Shown piece by piece: positions 35,362 to 45,931 of a DNA stretch of 64,000 nucleotides (position 1 is its first letter; every line of letters begins with the position of its first letter). Source of the stretch: Amphiscolops sp. MND2022 (lineage: Eukaryota). The notes beneath the pieces are model-generated. The model ran no database searches. It saw only the letters and a list, made by a program, of their open reading frames with translations, and was not told the DNA's origin. The translations under genes were made by a program, and so were the position numbers. The stretch lies in assembly GCA_964187785.1 (NCBI GenBank), contig OZ076409.1, positions 34,102,001 through 34,166,000 on the forward strand, written 5' to 3'.

Positions 35362-38300
35362 ATGACTTCTCCCCATGTGGACCTTGGCGCGCAGAGTGGC
35401 AACGAAACTCAGTATGTGTTTTCAGAGGGGGACGTACATCCGAGTGATGCTGACAATGTTGGTCTAGCAGCAGAAGGTGAGTTCATCATTCCCTGATCCA
35501 TTAAGCTTTCGTGAATAATAGTTTGCATAGTTAGGCCTTTCCATGTTTGTATCTTCACAGCTTAGATTTTCTGACGCGTCGATACTGGGAATGTGTGTTC
35601 TTTTTAGTTCCTGTTACGACTTCTGTCGTTGCTGCGTCGACCGTCCCTCCTGTAAATGTTTCTGTTGCGAGTACTGGAGTTTCTGCGTCGCCTATAGTCT
35701 CTGTTGTGATCCCTGAAGCTTCCGCTGTCGTCCCTGTTCCGCCTGTTCCTTCTGCTGAGTCTTCTGGTGCAGTTGCTGCTTCAATTGTTCCGTTGGCTGG
35801 TGCTTCTCCCCCATTGCCTCAGGAGGATTCAGATGTGCCTCTTTCGCAGTTTCTTGCTAGGTCAAACATCCCTAGTGCAATTTCTCCTCGCGTAGGTGAG
35901 GACGTCTGCCCCCCGCTTGAAAACGAGAAAACCGGATCTCAGAAGATTGTCCGTGGAAAAGGAGCTGATGTTGCCGCTAAGACGTCTCCGTGTTTCTCGC
36001 GGTATTTGCCGAATTTTGCCGAAACCTTCTCCCGGCCTTCCACTCAGGGTGAGTCTTCATTCAATTGCTGTTTTTTCTTTTCTGCTGTTTTTTTTGCGTT
36101 TGTTGATTTTGCTATGATGGTCTGTGGTTTTGATAAGTATCTGCAATTTCGTTATTTAGTTGTCATGATTGATTGTTCCTTGTATTTTGCAGTTGCTCCG
36201 TCCAAACCTGCTGTGTCTTCTGGGAAGCGTCGGCGCACCGTCACTTTGGCTTCTGTTGCCCAGACGCAGACGTTTCAGATCGAGAGCAGCGGAGGTGAGG
36301 ATTCTCAGGCGGGGCTTGCCGCTTATACTACGCAACAAGCTGCTTTGTTTGGTGAGGCTGTTGCTTCTGAGCTGGAGACTCGAACCGTGGAGCCTTTCGT
36401 TGCTAGTTAGTAATTTTTCCTTCTTTCTTTTCAGTTGTCCGTTTCTTTGTGTGGGGGTGGTCATGTATCTGGGGTGGGTGCATCACTGATGCCGTTTTCC
36501 TTAGTCTATAGAATTTCGTTTTGTTATAGAATTTGAAGAGTTGGTGACGCGGGTGGAGACCAGTCTTGAGAGTGCTAGTCCGTCCAGGCGGCGCAATCGT
36601 CCTCCAAGTCTTCGTACTCGGCTACGACGCAGTATGGTTAAAGATCACCCTGTATTTGAGTTGTTTGTGAGCGGCTCTAGTTCTGGTGTTGAGACAGCTT
36701 TCTTCTGCACCATCTGCGAGCGGGACGTCTCCATAGCGACGAAAGGTGTTCGTGAGATCAGTCGGCACTTCGCAAGCGATAAACATTGGTTGCTCGATGT
36801 TACTTATCGTGTGCATCAGGGCTTGCAGGTTTACAACAAGCTGCTGGATCCTATGGAGTTGAGCGAATCACAGACGCGGGACTACCTGGCCCTTCCATTC
36901 AAAGAGAGACCTGAAGGCTTCAGTTTCCCTGAAGATCTGTTGCCTGCTTGCACCCGGATAGATTCGAGTGTGCCACACATGACTATGATAAACTGTCTGG
37001 TCGAACTTCTTCGCAGTGGAGGCGACTATCTGCTGTTGCGGAAATTGTGGGGACATTTCCGGGCTACTCTTGGAACAGATAGTCCGTTATACAATTTAGC
37101 ATGGAGCCGTGGAGAGTCCCTGGTGAGTTGTGTTATCTTTGTTATTGGTACGTGTTGGGTGTTCACACTTGCTCATCGTTTTTTTGTTATACTTTTGGTG
37201 GTCGAGTTTGTGACGGCTTGATATAAGGAGTGTTATTGTGTTTTAGTCATTGCTGTGCCAAGGTTTGTTTCCTCGAGTGCTACGTGTGTTGATCGCTCGG
37301 ATCAATGACTTCAAAAGCTACAGCATTGTGTTTCTTGATCGAGGAGGAGGAAAGCAGTGTCTTGTGCGGACATGGGACAAAAATGTCTTGCTGGAAGTGT
37401 GCGTCGACGTCCAGACGGCGGGTCAACACGTTCCCCTCGCTGAGTTGAGCTCCTTGTCTTGCATCCTTGGGAGTGTTCCTGGTGGTCAGTTGCCCTTGTC
37501 CGTCGAGGGTGCGAGTCCGTCTCTGTTGCGAGTGTTGAGTGATGCTCGTGAGGATGGCCACCAGTTCATCTTGAGCCGCAATTTCACTGAGGAGGTTTTT
37601 CTCAGCTGTTTTCGACAGGCTCATCAATAGGTGCTGGGCATGATGGAGGTAACTGCTATGGTCGATTACCTGATGCTGCGACTGAAGGGGGCTCTGCAGG
37701 AGCCTTGGCTTGAAGATACTCGTGTGCTCCGTCGCTGTGTTGTCGCTGGCCGTGTTGCCTTTTGTGATCTGCGCGATGTTGCTGCCGAGTTGATCCCTGT
37801 GTGGAACTCTGTGAGGGAGTTCATCCGCTATACTGGACCGCGACATATCAAGGTTGAAACCGATATGGTTAGTATTGTTGGTTCAAGTTTTTACTTGTGT
37901 GATGTTGTTCTTCGTAAGTATGGGTAGGGTAGTTTATGGGATTAGTTGGTATATTAGTATGTTTCTGTTGTTCTGTTTCAGATGCGGGGAACTGACAGTC
38001 AAATCTATTGTGACAACACGAATCGGTTGCGTCTCGGGCTTCTCGTGCACGTGCTTGATCTCTGTAAGTGTACGTCGTCTTGTTGTCGCATCGGCTATAG
38101 TTAGGTAGGTATTGCAAAAGTTTGTTGTTTAGATCGTTGTACCTTCAAGAAGCAGTTGTCTGGTCGTGAGGACTATGGCTTCCATTGTTACATGGAGATA
38201 TGCCAATTTGTGTACTGCCTGCTTTCCCGTACACGTCAGATTTCTAGTTTGCCTGAGCTTCACGACTGGGAAGCCTATATGGATGCCTCCAAGATCGAAG

Positions 38301-39324
38301 CTTTTAAGAAGATCGACACTGCCGACTTTTTGTTGAGTCACGATTTCGGCGAAGAGTTGCAGCGAGGGAAGACTGGCGAGATGCAGGAGTTTCGAAATCG
38401 TTGTCGAGAATTCATGGATCGTTTAGTGGACGTACTTTTAGAATCAAATCTTGTGTCATCTGATTTCTTGCAAGGTGCTTATTCATTCTGTCCAGAGCTT
38501 CTATTAGAGGGGGATGACCGTTACAGCTTCTGTTCAGCAAGTTAGTGCGAGTGCTGGAACGTAGTGGTGCTTTAAGTAGTGAGGAGGCTAAATCTGGATC
38601 TGAGGAATTCGTGACCTTCGTTGTGGACGCTCGACGTCGTCATGCTGAATCTGAGAGGAGTGCTGAGTCTATTGTGGATGTGATGAGCTACTTCCTGGCC
38701 GATTATAGTTTCCTGGCTCGAAAGGACTTGTGTAAGATCCTGAAGTTGTGTTGTTTGGTCATGCGGCGTCCCGCTACGGATTATCCTGAGGTGAATATCT
38801 CATTGAAAGACTGTTCGGTACCTGCCTCCATGATTTCATCTTGTCTCCGAGGTGTGCAAAGTTACGTGCGGAACCCGGATTTTAAATTGGGTGTTTTCTT
38901 TAGTCAACACACTATGGATTGTGTGCGTGATGCTATTTCTGGGGCTCGGGAGTTCATGTCCTCTTCCAATTTTGATCCGTGGAATCGTTTGTGTGTGGGT
39001 GACCGTGCTGAGTTCATCCAACGTTACAGTGAATTGTTCAAGGCGCACATTGATCGTCGGAAAGAGGAATCATATCAGCGATTCCGGGCAGCCAATCAGC
39101 GCGTGCATCGTGGTGCTGTTGATGTCAATGTGTTCTCGTCGTCGTCTTGTGGTCGTGGAGCAGGTGGGGTCTCAGCTCCCTCTATGAGTTCTCCTTCGAA
39201 GACGTCTTCTAAGCGTCCCCGTGCACAGACGTCCAAGGATGGTGGTAGTAGTGTATCGTCATCGAAGAGTGCAAAGAAAACATCAAAGAAACAGTCGAGT
39301 AGCGCCACTAGTTCCAAGAAATGA
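35362..39324 (+). pseudogene. Antisense, spliced cargo gene of element 2: BED-type zinc finger / hAT-transposase-like protein (two lesions)
   Basis: Exons 35362-35476, 35608-36048, 36193-36405, 36530-37122, 37247-37867, 37982-38063, 38133-39324. All six introns are GT(R/T)AGT...YAG and phase-compatible. Contains FFCTICERDVSIATKGVREISRHFASDKH (C-x2-C...H-x5-H). In-frame TAG at 37628-37630 and a frameshift near 38525. Confidence 0.75.
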
Positions 39325-39564
39325 TGAACCTTTGTTGTTATTTTGAACTTTGTTAGTTTGATGTCCGTAGTTTGTATATTTCTTTTGTTTGTTACCTGCT
39401 CAAGCGGGCTGTTGATTTCATGTTGATAATCTCGTAAAAAAATATTGAATGACTGTAGTATATAGTCATTGAGAAAAGAAGAGAAAAAAATTGAAGGCCG
39501 TAGTATGCCTTTAATTGAAATTGTCAGGTCGGTTCGATCTGGACTCTAGATGATTCTTTTCCTT

Positions 39565-42500
39565 TTACATAGTCGTAGTCAGAGCGTCAAGTCGTCTGAA
39601 GTCAGGATTCGTGTTAGGTTTAGGGTAAGGTCGTAAGTTGTATTTTGCTATTTTTCTCGGATTATATCCAATAGTTGTAGGCGGTGAACTGGGGGGAATA
39701 GGTGGACTTTCAATGAGTGGGGGCGTCGTATGTATGGGTTATCCCCCACGTCTGTAGTAAGATTTGAAAAGTCCGGAGATGGCGGCGCTTTGTCGTCCGT
39801 AGTTTCAGGTTCCTTGTCCAGTATTTGTTGCGTCGCCGTTTCGTCCTGCGTGTTCGCTACCTCTTGTGTGACTGGTTGTTGATGGTTGTTTTCGTTTTCT
39901 CGCGACTCGTGCTCGTCGATCTGTTTCCCGAAATCCATTTCCCATGAGACTGCGTACCACTCATTGTGTGAAATTTTGACATCTGGATCGGGAAGGTAAT
40001 TGTCGGCTCGTACTGTGACGTCAGGCAATCGTTGTTCTGGCACGTAAGGTCGTATGCGAATTCTGTGTAGTGTTTGTGTATATCTTGTGCCAAGTTTGCG
40101 TATTGTGTAGTTATTATTGGAAAGCACTTTGATCACTATGTACGGGCCAGTCCATATGCAGTCTTGGAACGCAAACTTCGTCGACTGGTTGTCGGCTTTC
40201 GGATTGAGTATGTAACAATAATCGTTGATCTTCAGTGGAGCTGCAGACGCTTTGCGGTCGTAATATTTTTTATATTTGAGGTAGGATAGCATTATATTGT
40301 CCTTCGCTGTCGCTCGTACCTCGTCTATTTGTTTTTGTATTTGCTCTGCTATGTCCGAGTTGGGCGTTGTTTTCCACTTTGGCTTGATCCCCAATTTTAG
40401 GTCGAGGACATTGTAGGGTATTCGTCCGTGGAATACTGTAGATGGTTCACAGCCCAGAGTCTCGTGGTATGTTGTATTGTAGTTCATTACAGCTATTTGG
40501 ACATACTTGTGCCACATTGAACGTCGTTCACCCGTCGAAATTTTTAGTGCGGTTTTGATTGACGCGTGTGTTCTTTCTAAAATTTCGATCGTCTGTGCAT
40601 GTTTTGTAGACGCATGGCTGATTTGAATCTCGAGTATTTGGGCTATTTCTGTGACGACTTCTGATCGAAATTGTGAGCCCTTGTCTGATAGGATTAGTGT
40701 TGGCAAGTATGCATGTCTTGTCATAACGTCGACAATGCATCGTCCGATTGTTTTCGCTGTGACATTCTGTGTTGGATATGCAAATAGGTAACGTGAAAAT
40801 ACGTCGATCATCGTAACGATGTTCTGGTATCCTGCAGAGCTTGGCAAATTTGGTAGTATGTCAATTTCAAGAATGTCCTCCGGACCAAGGACGTGTTCCG
40901 TATTGTTGATCATTTTCGGTCTGATTTGGCTGTTGTTGATTCGTTTGTATTTGATGCAGTCTTCGCATTGCATTACCCACTGTCTGATTCTTTTTGCTAG
41001 GCCGGGGTAATAGTACTTTGATCGGCATTCTTGAATCATTTTTGTAATCCCCGGGTGTTTTCCCATTTGTCCATGTATTGCCTTCAAGAGTTCTGTAACC
41101 AAGTGTTCGAGAATTAATATTTGGTGGTGGGTAACTTGTCCACATTCGCCGTAGTACTTTCGCATTAATACTCCATCTTTGACAATTAGTCTGCTTTCGT
41201 GGACTAGGAGGCGTTTGGCTGTCGGATCAGTTTGTAATAGGTGTTTGTCATAATCTTCAGAAATCAGTTTCTTTTTGATTGCTTTGAAAACTAGGTTTGA
41301 ATCTTGTTCGACTCTGATGCGAGCATCCTCTTTTATTGCTCCAAAGGTATAAGATGCTTTATTTATTGGAATTGGGGTGGTTTCTTTGATGGCTAGTTTA
41401 ATTTGGGACGTCTCCTCGTCGCGCGCATTTTGTCTAGCTTGTTCCTTCTGCAATAGGATTTCTTCTTCTGTTTCAATTGTTTCATCCGGAAGGAAGAAAA
41501 GCTGTTCCTCATCCGCGACGTCCGTAGATTGGAGATTCACTTGGATGGGCCTGATTGTAATATCCTCTCTTATTTTCAATTCAACTCGTTCTTTGGGGGT
41601 AAGTTCAATGCGTGATAAGAAATCAGCTGCAGTGTTTTGCGTACCAGCGACGTGCATTATGTGGAAGTTGAATTGTAGCACATAGTCACACGCGTTCCAC
41701 AGCGTAGGCGGTATGGCTTTTGTTTGGAAGAAGCGCGTGACTGACCTGTTATCGGTCATTACGAGTGTTGGTAGCGTCGCTTCCCACAATATATGGCTGT
41801 ATTCTAGAAATGCATGGTAAATTGCTAGGAATTCTTTGCAGTAAATAGACATTTTTAGTTGAGCTGGGGAAAATACTTTCGATCCGAATGCGACCGGCGC
41901 AAATGTCTTCTTTTTTGAATTGAGTTTTTTGTCGTTGTTTTCCTCAATCATTAGTGCATAGCCGGAGGCTCGGAAACTGGCGTCCGTCATCAGGACGTAC
42001 TGTCGTCCTGTGATTGGTTGTTTGAGTGCCAAACAGCAAGCTTGCGCCAGTGCTGCGTTGATAGCTTTGTAATGGTCAAGTAATTCTTCTGTGATTTTGA
42101 TTTGTTTATCTGCTTTCAACAATTCATAGAATCCGAGTAATTTTTCAGATAATCGCGGGATGTAACTGCGATAATAATTGACAAAACCAATGTATCTTTG
42201 TACCTGCTTTTTTGATTTTGGAAATCGTACATTTGCCAGAAATTTTTGTATTTTATGGTCTTGGGGGGCAATTCCTTGCGGAGTGATTGTTCTTCCAAGA
42301 AATTCAACCTCAGTCACCCCGAAATGGCATTTTTCTATGGTTAGTTTAAGCCCCGCTTGTCTGATGCATTCGAAAACGGCTTTGATGTTACGTATCAGTT
42401 GCGTCACTAAATTCGCTGCGATCCCGATATCATCCACATATTGTGCGCACTGGTCGGCTTTGATCACTTTGTCTAAGTATTCTCTCATGAAACTTGAAAA

Positions 42501-44495
42501 TGCCGACAGAGCCCTGCTCAGTCATTGTGCTAAGCGTCTGTAGGCAAACGTCCTGCTTGCGAAGTTAAACGCCAGCATTTCAATGGATCTTTGATCTGCC
42601 ATTTGTAAGCAGTGGTATGCTTGAGAGCAGTCTAATTTGCAAAATAGCTTTTTACCAGCTAGGTGTTGAGCCGCATCTGACAAGGTGCTAACTGGATGGT
42701 TATTGTTGATGTAGTCATCTGAGATTAGTGCGTTTATTTTTCGCAGGTCGACAAGTAGACGCAATTTGCCATTTGGTTTCCTCTGTGCGAAAATTGGGCT
42801 TGCATACTTTGAAAATGGTAGGGTCGTTATTATGCCGTACCTGTGCATTAGCGCCAATTCGACTGTTAGGTCTTCTTTCAAATTGATTGGTACTGGCAAA
42901 CTTTGCGTGTAAATCGGACGCTCGTCTTTCGGAGTTAATTTGACTTTGAAGTTATTGTTGATTCCAATGTCAAGGCGATGACGCGCAAAAATGTCGTTGT
43001 ATTCGATTATTGTTTGTTCAAGTTGCTTCCTGTCATTGCCTTCGGTTTCGGAGCCTTCCCACTGGAACATGTCAAGGAATTTTTGTCTTGATTCTGGGTC
43101 TTTGGTTGGATCTAAGTTTTCCTTTTGGATGAGTTCACGGATTTCCTTCAAGATCCGACGTTGGATTGGCGTATGTTCTTCTTCGTTCCCTGGATTCTCG
43201 GGTGTGGGGAACCAGAGGTTTTCATCGCTTTGTTCATGTTCATTTGATTTTATAAGTTCGCTGATGTACATGTGTGTGTCATCAGGATCTTCTAACAATT
43301 TGAGTGCGGCGGCGTCAACTGGTCGTATTTGTTTCGTGTCCTCAGGTTTGAGGATTTGTAGTTCTGCCAGCTTTGTATGATTCTTTATTGTATGTGGGAA
43401 ATCCGTTAGGTTGGCGATTCTGATGTTGAGCCTTTTGTTATGGGCTGTCGCCAGAGCTGGTGCAACAATGATTGTTGCTGTTTCATCAAATTGTGGTAGT
43501 GGTTGTACCGCACCAGTGACGTCATGCATGTTTGTGGTTATGACTATTGCGTTTACTGTTGTTGTCTGTTGAGGCGGCAGTGTCTGATGTCCTTCTGCCA
43601 TTATTTGAAGCGATTTTGGGTTGCATTTTTTCATTTCGTCTGTCATGGCTAACGTCATTTCGACGTGCGGGAAATTGATCGTCCCGTTGGCGGTGTCGAT
43701 CACTGCTTGGTGATTTCTCATGAAGTTTAATCCTATGATAGGGAATGATGTTCTCGATAAGATGACGAAGGTATCTGTGAAAGTGTATGTCCCGATATTA
43801 AACTGAATATCCGCAGTGGCTATTGGTTGTTCTAGTTGTGCGTTTGCGCATTCAATTTTGAAAGGAGGTTGTGGGTATTCTTTTATGACACAACTATCGG
43901 TATTCATCTTGATGGCATTATAGTCTGACCAGGACATAGCATTGATGAACGCACCTGAGTCGACAAGTCCGTCCATGGTGATTTCTCCGAATTCGAGTGG
44001 TAAATAGAGCATTCTTCTCTTTTTCTTTAGGACTATAGTCGAGTGGAGTGGTAAGTACGTCTCTCCATCTTTTTCAGTAACAAACTCTTTGATAGAGTTA
44101 AGAGATGTGGGGAAATCCTCTGGGAAGATAGGTACTTGGGTGGAGCCGTGGGTATCTTCCTTTGTCTGTGTTGACGATGGTTGGTCGTCGAGGGCGTTTT
44201 CGGTTTGTTCTGTTTGGGTTATTGTGGATTGTGTTGTATTGGTGAGGGGTGGCTGGGTGAGAAGATTTGGGTGTTGTTTGTGGTCGTCTCCATGATCCTC
44301 ATCTTGTGTCAGTTCCTTTTCGGTTTGTATGAGGGGTCTTCGTATGGAAGCGAGTGCCTGACGTCTCAGCCAGTCCTCTGTTGGAGTTCCATCGCATTCT
44401 ATTGTTGTTTCGTTGGTGTATGTAGTAGGGGGATCATTTGGTGAATACGCGCTCGCGTCTACTGTTTCCCCGAAGCGCAGGCGCGGCGTATCTAG
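39565..44495 (-). pseudogene. pol of element 2 (PR, dUTPase-like spacer, RT, RNase H, integrase)
   Basis: The -1 frame is open from 44495 (LDTPRLRFGE...) into LVDSGA protease, YVDD RT, TDAS RNase H, HHCC and DDE integrase, WTGPY. One nonsense TGA at 42522-42524 (LAQ*LSR), and a probable 1-bp deletion near 39720 that displaces the KYNLRP tail ending at 39565. Confidence 0.9.
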
Positions 44496-44501
44496 TTTTT
44501 T
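44445..44501 (-). promoter_or_regulatory. -1 programmed ribosomal frameshift signal
   Basis: Slippery heptamer A AAA AAC directly before the gag TAG, followed by a GC-rich stem (ATACGC CGCGCCTGC...GTAGACGCG..GCGTAT). The -1 frame is the pol frame. Confidence 0.85.
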
Positions 44502-45931
44502 GATTCAATGACAGAGTTAGCTGTCGTTGGTTGGACGAGAACGTCCCTTTTTGATTCCGGGTTATTGTGACGCTTAGGTCGTGGATCGTTGGCAGAGTTG
44601 GCTCCGTTCCAACAATCTTCCGTTTTGTGAGGTTTGCCGCATGTGTCGCATTTAAGCGATTTGCCTGCACTAGAGTTGGTTTGGCCATTGTTCTTCCTGA
44701 TCTGCATCCATTTGTCTCTCTTCATTTTCCTACATTCTGCTTTGTAGTGTCCAAATTTGTTGCAGAAGAAGCAATATCCCTTTTTGACATTTTGCGTCGT
44801 GCTGTCGACTTGTTTGGGTTCAGTTTTTGTTGGGGCCGGTTCTACTTTATTTAGTGGTACCAGTGTTACTTCATCTGGCGCCCCAAGGCCGTTAAGCCTC
44901 ATTTCTCTTTCCAAGTGTAGCACAATGTCATTATACGGCTTGTCTTCGAGATACGCCCTGTTTAGTATCTTTTTTACATGATCTGGCATTTTTGCGTATA
45001 TTGCCTTGTCAATGAATTGTTGGGCTTCAGATCCGAAGGCTTCTTTGGCGGTTTTTTGAAGTACATCCAGAAATTCGTGGAGTTTCTGGTTCGAGGGATC
45101 GAATTTGAGCGCATCCCATTCGCATCTGGCCTTTGCCATGGACAAATAATCTCCGAAACGTCGTTTGAAAATCGTCATGATTTCATCAAGGGAATCCTTT
45201 TTCGTGTCTTCGATATTACAAAATGCTTGTAAAGCATCTCCTCTGAGGAGGGAGTGGAAGTAGTTTATTTTTTGAATTTCCGTAAGGTGTGGGTACATTT
45301 TGATATTATTGCGAAAAAGGTCTTCGAAAAGCTCGAATTTTTCCGACTTCCCATCGAAGGTCGGGAGTGACGTCGTGAGTGCTTTTGGCATGGGCAGAAT
45401 AGTGCCATCATTTTTATCTGTGGCAAATAAAGTCCTTGCCGCTACTGGACGTTCTTTTGACGGCGGTTGGCTCTGAGACCTGGCTTTTGTTCTTTTTGGC
45501 TGGTTTGTGGAATCGGTTAGGACTCCTGTCACCATGTTACGACATGCCAACGAGTCGTTTTGAGTTGAACTTATTCTCACTGACTTCGTAGGGGTATAGA
45601 AGTTTCTTGTTTCCTCTTCTACTTCTTCCTCGGTATTTTCCCTAATGATTCCCCTTGTTTCAGGTTTCAAGAGTTTCAACATTTCCTTCTGAGATTCGAT
45701 AAGAAGATTCTTAATCTCTGATGTTATTTCTTCTTTCAAGGAAGCCCTTAAACTTTCTAAGAGGCTGTTTTCAATCCGGGGGGATTTTGAGTTAGAGGGC
45801 CCCGCTACCTCATCGTCCTGGTTTAAGGAACAAGGATTTCCTACTACTATGGGTGAAATTAAGCCTTCACTTACGTTCTCATTGGTGCTTTGCTGATCAT
45901 TCCTTCTTTTCTGGCTTCTTGTTGTTGACAT
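44492..45931 (-). CDS. gag of element 2
   Basis: ATG at 45931 (inside the 5' LTR), capsid motif LPTFDGKSEKFELFE, zinc knuckles CFFCNKFGHYKAEC and CDTCGKPHKTEDC. Confidence 0.9.
   Translation of the reverse strand: MSTTRSQKRRNDQQSTNENVSEGLISPIVVGNPCSLNQDDEVAGPSNSKSPRIENSLLESLRASLKEEITSEIKNLLIESQKEMLKLLKPETRGIIRENTEEEVEEETRNFYTPTKSVRISSTQNDSLACRNMVTGVLTDSTNQPKRTKARSQSQPPSKERPVAARTLFATDKNDGTILPMPKALTTSLPTFDGKSEKFELFEDLFRNNIKMYPHLTEIQKINYFHSLLRGDALQAFCNIEDTKKDSLDEIMTIFKRRFGDYLSMAKARCEWDALKFDPSNQKLHEFLDVLQKTAKEAFGSEAQQFIDKAIYAKMPDHVKKILNRAYLEDKPYNDIVLHLEREMRLNGLGAPDEVTLVPLNKVEPAPTKTEPKQVDSTTQNVKKGYCFFCNKFGHYKAECRKMKRDKWMQIRKNNGQTNSSAGKSLKCDTCGKPHKTEDCWNGANSANDPRPKRHNNPESKRDVLVQPTTANSVIESKN
45517..45534 (-). 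promoter_or_regulatory. Primer-binding site (probably tRNA-Leu)
   Basis: TGGTGACAGGAGT immediately follows the 5' LTR; its complement ACTCCTGTCACCA resembles tRNA-Leu 3' ends (tRNA identity is inferred). Confidence 0.7.

Noticed and set aside
35362..39324. env gene
   Set aside because: Antisense to gag-pol and spliced, with no signal peptide or TM anchor once the introns are removed.
44434..44688. 84-aa - strand ORF as the start of pol
   Set aside because: It is in the +1 frame and stops at 44434; pol continues in the -1 frame.
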